Below, piece after piece: positions 53,448 through 64,000 of a stretch of 64,000 bases of DNA. Under the pieces are notes generated by a model. That model saw nothing but the letters and a program-made list of their open reading frames with translations. It was not told the origin of the DNA and ran no database searches. The position numbers were made by a program, and so were the translations under genes. The DNA is from Eledone cirrhosa (Eukaryota), in NCBI GenBank assembly GCA_964016885.1, contig OZ024740.1, forward strand, positions 100,688,001 to 100,752,000, in the 5' to 3' direction. How positions within the stretch are numbered: the first letter of the stretch is position 1; every line of letters starts with the position of its first letter.

Positions 53448-53449
<2 letters not shown>

Positions 53450-53528
<79 letters not shown>
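53450..53528. repeat. (CT)n microsatellite
   Basis: Visible directly. Confidence 0.95.
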
Positions 53529-53538
<10 letters not shown>

Positions 53539-54093
53539 ATATCTATCTATCTGTATATGTCTCTCACTCTGTATGTATGTATATATATATACGGTGGTGG
53601 ACTTGCCATTGAGCCATTATTATTCATTATTATTACGGTAACATTGCAAGAGTCCACAGTAGCATTGCAGGACCCACTGTAGTATTTTAGGGGCCAATGT
53701 TTTGCTTTCAAAAATATACCTGAAATCTAAGAGAAAGAATAACATCTTTAAAAAAATAAATAAAACAATTAAGCAAAGAATTTGGTCAACCAAACCAATT
53801 CCCCAGGGAATTACTAGAAACCAAAATATATGATAGTGCGAATAGATGGAATCAGAGGTTGTACATTCTACTAAATCTAAAGTTTAGTGTATTCATTCAT
53901 GCATGCAAACATATATATATATATAGACACAGACAAACAAGCACATATATATATGGAGATAGATATTTATACACTTACACACGAACTATTGACCAAATAA
54001 TATTTGGTATCAATGGGTTAAAGTCATCTGTCAAATCAATGAGTTGTAAAGTAGGTGTATGTGTGTGTATATATATATATAGAGAGAGAGGGA

Positions 54094-54138
<45 letters not shown>

Positions 54139-54291
54139 TGAGTGAGTCTGAAAGACCAAAGGTCATTATTGAAAGTCACTGGATTTCGCAAAATACATAT
54201 CTTTTATTGGAAAAGGTAAGATATTTTTCCGCAAAAAATTTGATTGCACTGTTTTGTAACCACTTATGTATTTTTTTTTTAATGTTATTTA

Positions 54292-54701
54292 TCTCCTTAT
54301 AATATATAACCAGCAATTTCTCTGTCTGTCTGTCTGTCCGACAGTGGAAACACGTGCGCGCGTGCGAATGTTTTTTGCGCACGCGTAGAGAGAGAGAGTG
54401 AGAGTGAAAGAAAGAGACAGACTACGAGAGGGGGATAGCGGGAGGGAGAGAGAGAGAGAGTGAATAGACGCTAAAACACGTGCGCGCGTGCGAATGTTTT
54501 TTGCGCACGCGTAGAGAGAGAGTGAGAGTGAAAGAAAGAGACAGATTAAAAGAGGGGGATAGCGGGAGGGAGAGAGGGGGGAATTGAGGAGTGCTACAGA
54601 AACATATATACATTTCTGTGTGTGTGTAATATATATATATATATACACACACAGAAATATATATATATACACACAGAAATATATATACATTTCTGTGTGT
54701 G

Positions 54702-54748
<47 letters not shown>

Positions 54749-54776
54749 GAAATATATATACATTTCTGTGTGTGTA

Positions 54777-54807
<31 letters not shown>

Positions 54808-54887
54808 GAAATATATATACATGTCTGTGTGTGTAATATATATATATATTCTAGCAGAAAACCACTCGGTGGGCGGTTTTCTGCTAG
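54292..54887 (+). mobile_element. Non-autonomous Helitron with an internal ~126-bp direct repeat and a minisatellite
   Basis: A|TC start; two copies of AAACACGTGCGCGCGTGCGAATGTTTTTTGCGCACGCG; ends in a hairpin plus CTAG. Confidence 0.65.
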
Positions 54888-56571
54888 TCTATATATATAT
54901 AAAACAGAGGATGTCTGTCTGTGTAACTCCCTAAAACTCAAGAAGTACCCGACAGATTTGTTTCAAACTTTACACATGTGTTACTTATATATCTTGCCCT
55001 AGGCGAAAAAACACATTTTTTCAGGCATTTTAAGGCTCTTTTGAGGTGTAACTTAAAGATAATCCTGCCGATTTCCTCGAAATTTGCAGCCCCCATTAAT
55101 TTATCCCCTCGCATTTCTGTGAACAGAAAAAAAATTTCCGATTCCATTAATGGTTTCTAGGAAATTTACGAATTAACATTGGGCATTACATGCCATTTTC
55201 ATTTTCAATATAAACGCTACTTAAACATCGTAAGTAGCGTATAATATTTCGGTAAAAATTTGGTTTATTTAACAGAGGACACAACACTTACCTACTTTTA
55301 AGCAGGTCCATTTTCGAGGGATTGAGGAAATGAAGAGGACCTTAACATTTTTGTCGGCGCCTTGTTGACGTTGCTGTGTTATTGACACCGTAAAAGGCAC
55401 GTCTGTGCTACTTTTACTAAGACCCCCTTTTGTTGCTCCTATACCGCAGTATGAACGCCCTGCACAAGTACGCCGAACAGCGGTTATGCTAATTCCGCGG
55501 TGACCCTTTTTGTCGCACCTTTGTTACTGTGTAAACGTAGTGTAACCAGTGCCTCCCAGCGTTTGTGCTAATTGCACCATGACGACCTTCTGCTGCTGCT
55601 GCGTTGCCACGCTGATTTCGTCAAGTGACTACGTCGCTCCTTCAGACTGACGTGTGTTCCCCATTCGTGACGTAATTCGTGAACAAACTTACGACATACA
55701 TCACCCCACAATACTTACTTACTCCGTTCGCATACAGGATTTCTGCAATCAGCCAACTGGTTTATTTTTATTTTGTTTCTTAACTAAAACGTCTGTTTCC
55801 CGTGGTTTAATGTGAACGACTCCAGAGAGGAACCCCCCTCCCCTGACAATTTAAGGCGTTGGAACAAATCGTGGTGAACATATACAGAGTCATTCTAAGG
55901 GCTGCCAGTGAACGCAACCAAAGTCCTTTTTAGGGCTGTCAGAGAACGCAAACAAAGTCCTTTTAAGGACTGTCAGTGAACGCATACAAAGTTCTTTTAA
56001 AGGCTACATGTTAACGTACACAAGGCCCTTTTTAGAGGCCCCACTTGAAATTGTTGATGGTGACTCAAATAGTAACTCCGAAGCGTTCGGCATCCAATAT
56101 AACAGTTCGGCCTATATCAGATTGGGTAGATTTACGAAGAGGCTATGGTCTCCTGTGGGGAAGGCCCAACTTACTGTGCGGTTGCATGACATGTCTTTCT
56201 CAAGCATTGCAGGCTTTACTCTGTACTATTGCAGGTGCAATAGACATAACTGATGATGTATGTCGGGATGACTGGGTGCGAATCTATAAAACTCGAAAAG
56301 TACCTAACCGATTTTCTCCAAATGGAAGAAAAATCATACTCTAACATTTAGTACGCTTAAAGAGTATCCAGCTGATTTTCTTCAGATTTTTCACATGCAT
56401 GCAGATGTTTCACGATTCGGCCGGTTGGTGTTCTATGTCTCCAGTAGATGAACAATCATTCCCTGAGAATAAGGGAATTCAAAAAGTACACAGCTACATT
56501 TCTCAACCTTTGCATATGCGTGTTGTTATTTCACGTTACCTGCCCAGTGTAACGCCGGGTCCTGCTGCTAG
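54888..56571 (+). mobile_element. Helitron deletion derivative with decayed Rep-region remnants
   Basis: TCTATATATATATAAAACAGAGG start shared with family H1, 3' CCCAGTGTAACGCCGGG..CTAG|T, and an internal PLEIVDGD..FGIQYNSS resembling the Helitron N-terminal IRQYNS motif. Confidence 0.75.
55897..56035. repeat. ~34-bp tandem repeat, four copies
   Basis: AAGGGCTGCCAGTGAACGCAACCAAAGTCCTTTT-type units. Confidence 0.8.
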
Positions 56572-56670
56572 TTCATTATAAAAATTAAATGATAGCATTC
56601 TATATGTAGGTGGGTTCCCTTCATCTGGCAACGCATATTTTTACACCTAGTCCGCCACTGTATATATATA

Positions 56671-56860
56671 TAATTGTTTCTACTTTTGGCACAAGGCCAG
56701 CAATTATCACAGTGTATTACTGGTACTTTATTTTATCGAGTCCGTAAGGATGAAAGGCAAAGTTAACCTTGGCGGGATTTGAACTCAGTCTGTAAAGGGA
56801 CGTAACTGTGCTGCAAAGCATGGCATCCGACCCTCTACCGATGCTGCCAACCCTCCGCCC
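56671..56860 (-). mobile_element. SINE family A copy
   Basis: Full-length reverse copy. Additional partial minus copies at 57838-57937, 58087-58217, 58569-58684 and 61458-61580. Confidence 0.85.
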
Positions 56861-57203
56861 TATAATGTAAGTTTGAAACTAACTGACATGCAAAAACATA
56901 TATAGGAATAAGGTAAGCCCAAATCATGGTAGATTCAAATATCACAGAGAGAAAGAGATAGAGAGAATAGGGGGAGAAATGAAGTGGAACAGAAATGAAA
57001 CATGCATTACAGGTTAAAATGTAGTCTAGATAGATGAGAAACAAAACGAGGATGTAGTTTATGGAACAGCCAAATGATTTAGAAGTCAACCATAAGTAGA
57101 AGCAATAACATTAAAAAAATACATGAAAGACACCACATCATTTTGTTTGGAAAAATTTGAAAGAAGGTTTATAAGTTTGAATTTTCATACGATTTTCGTA
57201 GTT

Positions 57204-57292
57204 GTCTCTGTGGCATAGCAGTGGGTACTAGAGACGGTGGAGATCCTGACTTTGGGTTCAATCCTGATCAAGAGGTACAAGTAACATTTTTT
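57204..57292 (+). ncRNA. tRNA-shaped Pol III-like unit (pseudo-tRNA or unknown ncRNA)
   Basis: A-box-like TGGCATAGCAGTGG, B box GGTTCAATCC with TTC exactly at position 54, T-run terminator, TATAA at -34. Cloverleaf stems pair poorly. Confidence 0.5.
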
Positions 57293-57328
57293 CAGTTTTT
57301 ATTTTACGACCAATTGCAAAAAAAACTG

Positions 57329-57422
57329 AAAAAGCTTACCAGGAGCCCCTACTCTCGACCAGGATCGAACTTCCGACCAGAATTACCACCGCCTATGATT
57401 CCTCAAACAAGGCCACAGAGAC
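57329..57422 (-). ncRNA. tRNA-shaped Pol III-like unit, convergent paralog
   Basis: GTCTCTGTGGCC start, AGTTCGATCC with TTC at position 54, CGGTGG at positions 32-37, TTTTT terminator, and the same upstream motifs. Confidence 0.5.
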
Positions 57423-59293
57423 AGCTACAAAAGTATAATAAAAATTGATAATTATAAACCTACTTTCAAAATCATAGTTAAAAAGATGTGGCGTCGTTCA
57501 TGGCTTTCCTACAGCTATTAGTAATATTTAGGGTCGACTTTTCAATCTTCTGGCCCTTTAGTAATAACCTTATTATTCCTATGTGTGTTTAACTGTTGAA
57601 TTAATTTAATTTGATTATTTAAGCAAACATATAATATATATATAATAAGATAACAGATTAATGTTTAAGCAAAGAATCGCTGCTTTTCCCCTTAACGGGA
57701 TCTTCTGAAACTAAAGAAATGAATCTGTGGACGCAGAAGTAAATATTTCGAAAAACGTTGCAACCGAAGGAAAACAGAAAGACGATACTTTGGTTCGCGA
57801 AGACGTTCCCTGAAAATATAACACAAAGAAGCGAAGATAATTGTTTCTACTTTTGGCACAAGGCCAGCAATTACCCAGTGCATTACTGGTACTTTATTTT
57901 ATCGACCCCGTAAGGATGAAAGGCAAAGTTAACCTCGAAGATAATACGCCGTTATGTGGGCGGAAGAACAATTTCACGCAAAGTCAAAAAACCAAGACCA
58001 CGTTTATGGTATAAATGGAGTCATTATGCCAATATTCTATTCAGGAAATGATGCTCAGCTCCGGAGTTTAAGAATAATTGTTACCGGTACTTTATTTTGT
58101 CGACCCCGTAAGGATGCAAGGCAAAGTTAACCTCAGCGAGATTTGAACTCAGAACGTAAAGGACCATAACTCCTATGCTGCACAGCATGGCGTCTGACGC
58201 TCTAACGATACTGGCAAAGAATAATGTAAATAAATTTGTTGAACGAAAATGACAGAGGTTATTAAAATCGAAAAGTAAGTAATAATAGTTAAGATTTAGG
58301 CCAGTACATATAGAATATATATATATATATATATAGTCGTGTGTATGTGTGTATATATATATATATATATGTATTTATTTATTAAACAGATTAAAGTTTA
58401 AGCAAAGAATCGCTGCTTTCACCCTTAACGGGATCTTCTGAAACTAAAAAGTCAATCTGTGAACGCAGAAGTAAATATTTCAAAAAACGTTGCAACCGAA
58501 GGAAGACAGGAAGACGATACTTTGGTTCGTGGAAACGTCCCCTGGCAAAGAACGGGAAAAGACGAAGATAATTGTTTCTACTTTTGGCACAAGGCCAGCA
58601 ATTATCCAATGCATTACTGGTACTTTATTTTATCGACCCCGTAAGGATGAAAGGCAAAGTTAACCTCGGCGGGATTTGAACTCAAAAAACAAAGATAATA
58701 CGTCATTATTTGGTGCGGTGAAAACAATTACATGCAAAGACAAAACCACGTTTATGGTATAATTGAAGTCGTAGACTAATATTCTATTAGGTGGTTCATG
58801 GAGACGTTCTCTGGCAATGAACGGAAAAAACGAAGGTAATACGTCATTATCGAGCCCTCTTTGGATTTTAGTCTTCAAATTTATGATTACTACTATATAT
58901 ATATATACACACACACACACGCGCACACACACATATATATATATATAAAATTTAGTGTCTGCTGTTCTGTTTACATGCCAACACAAGAGCAAGAATGAAG
59001 GGTTCATTTAGCTGACAAGGCTTTAAAAATGAGGCTTGTTTGCATAATTGCAAACGAATCGAATGTTATTATTAATATTCGAAAAACTCAGATTAAATTT
59101 ATTGTATTCAGCCATGTAGAGCGAAACAATTTTTTTTAAATTTGAATGTGGCAAAGCCGGCCATTTATCGCTCGTATACAAGAAGCTGACTGGCCACTCT
59201 TCTGATATGCAAATCAGGCCGATCAATCACTGTATGTTTTAGAAAATAGCATATATTTTCATTAGTTATGACAGTTGGCAGGCGAACAGTCAG

Positions 59294-59337
59294 CTGCACT
59301 GAAGAAGGGTGATGCCCAGAACCATTAGTGTCTGCAG
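59294..59337 (+). ncRNA. Type I hammerhead ribozyme (junction 1)
   Basis: CTGCA-CTGAAGA-aGGGT gat GCCCa-GAAc-CA ttag TG-TC^-TGCAG. Perfect stem I and a GUC triplet; GAAA is changed to GAAC. Confidence 0.75.
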
Positions 59338-59697
59338 TTCTGTTCACATGCCAACACAAGAGCAAGAATGAAGGGTTCATTCTGCTGACATGGCTTTAAA
59401 AATGAAGCTTGTTTACATAATTGAAAACGAATCGAATATTATTATTAATATTCGAAAAACTTAGATTACATTATTGTATTCAGCCATGAAGAGCAAATCA
59501 ACTTTTTTTTATTTGAATGTGGCAAAGCCGGCCATTTATCGCTCGTATACAGGAAACTGACTGGCCAGTCTGCTGATATGCAAATCTGGCTGATCAGTGG
59601 ATCTGCTAATATGCAAATCAGGCCGATCGGTCACTGTATATTTTAGAAAATAGAATATATTTTCACTAGCTCTGACAGTTGGCAGGTGAACAGTGAC

Positions 59698-59740
59698 CTG
59701 TACTGATGAAGGGTGATACCCGGAAACATTAGTGTTGTAG
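59698..59740 (+). ncRNA. Type I hammerhead ribozyme (junction 2)
   Basis: CTGTA-CTGATGA-aGGGT gat ACCCg-GAAA-CA ttag TG-T-TGTAG. Core intact but the cleavage-site C is missing. Confidence 0.75.
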
Positions 59741-59851
59741 TTCTGTTTACATGCCAACAGAAGAGCAAGAATGAAGGGTTCATTCTATTGACATTGCTTT
59801 AAAAATGAGGCTTGTTTGCATAATTGCAAACTATTCGAATGTTATTATTAA

Positions 59852-60536
59852 CTAGCAATGGTACCCGGCGTTGCACGGGATAAGGTATTTTGGAACGCGG
59901 GCCGCCAACAGACCTAATCGAGGAAAAACTGCATGCCTGGACAATATGTAAAGAAAATAAACAGAATACTCTGATGGCTGAATAATCTAAGATTTTCCTC
60001 GATGAAGCAGGAAAAAGGCAGGTTTTCACTTAATGCCCTAGGGGATCAAGAAAATGAATTTTTTTTATGTGCATAATATGCCTTGAAATTTCGGGAAAAT
60101 CGGCTAAACCTAACGCCTCAAAAAAGCTTTAAAAAGCTGAAGAAAATGAAGTTTTTCACCTAATGCGGGCTCTTGGCCATAAAAAAGTTGGATTTTCTTT
60201 GCTCAAGGGATGAAGAAGAGACTGACTAATACATAGTTACAATTTCAAAGAAATTGGTTTGACGTAAGGCCTCAAAAAACCCTAAATAGCTGGAAAAACG
60301 CAGTTTTTCACATAATAGGGGATCAAAAAGTTGAATTTTATGTATTTATGCGCATAACACTCCCTGAAATATAAGTAATACACATGTAAAGTTTGAAAAA
60401 GATCGGTTGGGTACTTCTCGGGTTTCACACACGCACATACACACACACACACACACATACACACATCCACACATACACACATACATGCATGCCATACATA
60501 CATCCTTCCTCAGTTTTATATATATACATATATAGA
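59852..60536 (-). mobile_element. Non-autonomous Helitron (family H1), interrupting the retrozyme-like array
   Basis: Colinear with 41257-41973; A|TC and CTAG|T termini; hairpin CCCGTGCAACGCCGGG. Confidence 0.88.
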
Positions 60537-60786
60537 TTAAAATAACAGATTAAAGTTTAAGCAAAGAATCGATGTTTTTACCCTTAACGGGATCTTCTGA
60601 AACTAAAAACATCAATCTGTGAACGCAGGAGTAAATATTTCGAAAAACGTTGCAACCGAAGGAAAACAGGAGGACGATACTTTGGATCGTGAAGACATTC
60701 CCTGGCAATGAACGGATAATAGCGAACATAATACGTCATCAATGTTCGTCAGAATGTCGTAATGCAGACAGCCAGGTATACAGACA

Positions 60787-61185
60787 GGTGACTTGGCAGA
60801 ATCGTTAGAGGGTCTGACGCCATGCTTTGCAGCATAGAGTTACGGCCCTTTCTATTCTGAGTTCAAATCCCGCCAAGGTTAACTTTGCCTTTCATCCTTA
60901 CAGGGTCGATAAAATAAAGTACCAGTAATGCACTGGTGAATTGCTGGCCTTGTGCCTAAAGTAGAAACAATTATATTATTAATTGTGGATATAATTAAAT
61001 GGTGGATTGGCAGTATCGGTAGAGGGTCGGACGCCATACTTTCCAGCATAGTTACGTCCCTTTACGATCTGAGTTCAAATCCCGCCGAGGTTGACATTGC
61101 CTTTCATCCTTACGGGGTCGATAAAATAAAGTACCAGTAATGCGCTGGGTAATTGCTGGCCTTGTGCCTAAAGTAGAAACAATTA
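60787..61185 (+). mobile_element. Two tandem SINE family A copies (60787-60974 and 61001-61185)
   Basis: B box GAGTTCAAATCC with the shared core and tail. Confidence 0.85.
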
Positions 61186-61192
61186 TATTATT

Positions 61193-61839
61193 AAATATTT
61201 CTTATAGATCTAGAAAAGCCATGAACGACACCACATCTTTATAACTTTGATTTTTAAAGTAGGTTTATAATTATCTATTTTCATTATACTTTAGTAGCTG
61301 TCTGGGTGGCCTAGCGATTATTTGCTTAAATTTAATTTGTTATTTTAATGAATATTTGCTCTACGGTTTTATATATTTTATATATATTATCCTTATCGAA
61401 TCCTCTTCGGATTTTAGTCTTCACATTTATTATTATTACTATATATATATATAGTAATAATTATTTCTACATTAGGCACAAGGCCAGCAATTACCCAGTG
61501 TATTACTGGTACTTTATTTTATCGACCCCGTAAGGATGAAAGGCAAAGTTAACCTCGGCGAGATTTGAACTCAGAATGGCATATATATAGTAATAATAAT
61601 AATAAATTTGAAGACTAAAATCCGAAGAGGACTCGATAAGGATAATATATATAAAATATATAAAACCGTAGAGCAAATATTCATTAAAATAACAAATTAA
61701 ATTTAAGCAAATAATCGCTAGGCCACCCAGACAGCTTCTAAAGTATAATAAAAATTGATAATTATAAACCTACTTTAAAAATCAAAGTTATAAAGATGTG
61801 GTGTCGTTCATGGCTTTTCTAGAGCTATAAGTAATATTT
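61193..61839. repeat. ~258-bp high-identity inverted repeat flanking a SINE fragment
   Basis: 61193-61450 is the reverse complement of 61581-61839 with few mismatches. Confidence 0.88.
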
Positions 61840-61937
61840 AGGGTCGACTTGTCAATCTTTTGGCCCTTTGGTAACAACCTTATTATTTCCATATGTGTTT
61901 GAATTAATTTAATTTGATTACTTTAGCAAATAATATT

Positions 61938-61988
<51 letters not shown>

Positions 61989-62219
61989 GGTAAACAGAAA
62001 TAACAACACAATCGTTACAGTATATGGAAGGGATATATTAGGTTAACACTTGATATAGCAGGAAGAGTCCTTCATCAGAAGAAACAATGAGATATAAGAT
62101 AGATAACAGGTCCATTCATGTTGACATCTCTTGCAAACTGTTGGTTCTGGCGTTTTGTGTACGATTTATTTTTTTTAAAAAGTGGATGATGGAGCGCGTC
62201 TACCTGATATATCTATATA

Positions 62220-63056
62220 TCTATATATTAATTTGAACAATGTCAGTATTCCGTCATAATTCTGGATTATCATTGGTTCATAGGTTTCAAACGACTCCGC
62301 CCACCTCAACGACGCCAAACTTAAATTAATATGCATAATGCCAATGAGGGAGTGAGAGGGGAGAGAGAGGCAAAGTGAACGCTGTGTTTGGATAAACTAT
62401 GTATATGTGTCAGTGTAGAGACATGTGTGTGGATATAAGAAGGGAAGGAAAGCAATAACTATTAACATGTGTGCGTGTGTATGTACGTGCGCGTATGTTT
62501 ATGTGTGTGTGCGTGCGTGCAGCGTTCCACAGAAAGTAAAAACTATCAACATGTGTGAGTGTGTGCGTGTGTGTAAGTTTGCGTGCGTGTGCGCGTTTCC
62601 ATGCGTATATGTTTGTACGTGCGGCATCCCACAATCGCCACGCTGTTTATCTGTCTGTGTGTCTGTCTGTCAGTCTAACATTCACAGAGTTGTGAAGGGA
62701 GTAAATAGGTACCTTTTTTTACATTGATGGAACTTCCATCATTCTTTTCAGAAACCTGGAACAACCACGTCTATACTATGATACACGTTTTACAGTCAGG
62801 CAGAAGATGAACCATCTCCTAGGGGTCACTATTCTAGGTGGGAGCACCTAGAATTGTTCATATACTATGCACAAAAGGTACAACGAAGAATCTGGTATAT
62901 CTGGACGATTTTTTTTACTGTTTTTTTTTATATCACACAGACACCACGGACTCGCCTCACACTGTAACCAGACAAACATCCAATACAGTCATTTTCTCTT
63001 TTATCTGTCTTCTCTAATCATCTGTTTACCCGGGCGAAGCTGAGTACGTCAGCTAG
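62220..63056 (+). mobile_element. Non-autonomous Helitron (family H2), copy 1
   Basis: A|TC start; 3' CCCGGGCGAAGCTGAG..CTAG at 63053-56. Confidence 0.82.
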
Positions 63057-64000
63057 TCTAATTATTAATTTCAAGAACGTCAGTATTCCGTGTGTCATAA
63101 TTCTCGATTATCATTGGTTCATAGGTTTCAAACGACGCCAACAACGCCAAAATGAAATTAATATGCATAATGCCAACAGATGTGTGTGTGCGTGCGTGTA
63201 AGTTTGCGTGCGAGTGTGCGTTTCCATGCGTGTATGTGTGTGTACGTACGGCGTTCCACAATCGCCTCGCAGTTTATTTGTCTGTGGCCCTGTCTGTCAG
63301 TCTAACATACACAGAGTTGTGAAGGGAGTAAATAGGGACCTTTTTTTACATTGACGGACATCTTTTATATTTATTATTGTGTCACTTTTTGACAATTGCT
63401 GGAAGTGAATACTGATAATAAAAGCAATTCGACTTTATCAAACAGTGAACTACAGCGGTGACGGCGTGCAGCCAGGAATGAAGAAAATCGGGCCGAACAG
63501 CGCGATCGGAACGCCGAACTTCAGAGGCGAAGACGTTCCGCCATGAATGAAGAGGAGCTGGCTGAACAACGCCAACGAAACACTCGAGCCAAGCAGCGAC
63601 GGCGTGCTGCGATGGTTGAAGACGAACTGGCTGAGCATCATCTTTTATATTAATTATCTATATATATATATATCTACATATAATATAAAAGATTGGAGCT
63701 TCCATCATCCTTAAGAGAAACGTTGAATAATCACGTCGATGCAATGATACACGTTTTACAGTCAGGCAGAAGATGAACCATCTCCTAGAGGTCACTATTC
63801 TAGGTGGGAGCACCTAGAATTGTTCATATACTATGCACAAACGGTATAACGAAGAATCTGGTATATCCGGAAGATTTTTTTTTACTGTTTTTGTATCACA
63901 CAGACACCATGGACTCGCCTCATACTGTAACCAGACAAACATCCAATACAGTCATTTTCTCTTTTACCTGTCTTCTCTTATCATCTGTGTACCCGGGCGA
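63057..64000 (+). mobile_element. Helitron family H2, copy 2, head-to-tail with copy 1; runs off the window
   Basis: Starts TC immediately after the CTAG, is colinear with copy 1, ends at the same CCCGGGCGA hairpin, and carries an extra insert at ~63360-63690. Confidence 0.82.
63441..63640 (+). pseudogene. STPR-like 23-aa repeat coding fragment (Helitron transposase N-terminus type)
   Basis: NSELQR*RRAARNEENRAEQRDR / NAELQRRRRSAMNEEELAEQRQR / NTRAKQRRRAAMVEDELAEH: 23-aa period. The stop is a CGA>TGA change. Confidence 0.7.

Larger units (their letters stand above)
53592..56660. mobile_element. Putative hAT-like non-autonomous element hosting nested Helitrons
   Basis: Imperfect TIRs CGGTGGTGGACT / AGTCCGCCACTG (revcomp CAGTGGCGGACT), with TATATATA on both flanks. 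Confidence 0.45.
58952..59850 (+). mobile_element. Retrozyme-like tandem array: ~2.3 monomers (373 and 403 nt) joined by type I hammerheads
   Basis: Units restart at 58952, 59325 and 59729 (TTAGTGT..GTTCTGTT.ACATGCCAAC). A hammerhead core sits at each junction; no ORF. Confidence 0.8.

Noticed and set aside
55897-56035. Four ~34-bp repeats resembling a CRISPR array
   Set aside because: The units are contiguous without unique spacers, there are no cas genes, and the context is eukaryotic. It is a minisatellite inside a Helitron.
57204-57275. Functional tRNA-His(GTG) call
   Set aside because: The acceptor, D and anticodon stems do not pair adequately; it is reported only as a tRNA-shaped unit.

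Overview
This is AT-rich eukaryotic non-coding DNA dense in microsatellites and transposable elements. The SINE and RTE families and the (CA)n/(TA)n load suggest an octopus or other coleoid cephalopod (inference). There is a 200-N gap at 18712-18911, and no host protein-coding gene could be supported. Elements seen: three large RTE-clade LINE remnants with a PHD-like finger plus many RTE tails; a decayed CRE-clade RLE retrotransposon; a decayed CsRn1/Kabuki-type Ty3/Gypsy element and a separate solo LTR; mariner, piggyBac and hAT-like non-autonomous DNA transposons; about seven non-autonomous Helitrons, some head-to-tail; more than ten tRNA-derived SINE copies; and Penelope-like (GIY-YIG) elements. 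The most striking signal, invisible in the ORF track, is a set of type I hammerhead ribozyme motifs: a tandem array of ~373/403-nt monomers each closed by a hammerhead (retrozyme-like, 58952-59850); hammerheads in the direct repeats of an RT-less Penelope-like element (50557-53377); a diverged relative with compensatory stem changes (17724-17790); a back-to-back inverted pair (10540-10770); and a hammerhead whose core appears overwritten into a perfect palindrome (49291-49442). A family of tRNA-shaped Pol III-like units with conserved upstream elements (57.1-57.5 kb, 61.2-61.8 kb) is also notable. All structures were read by eye and need computational confirmation.
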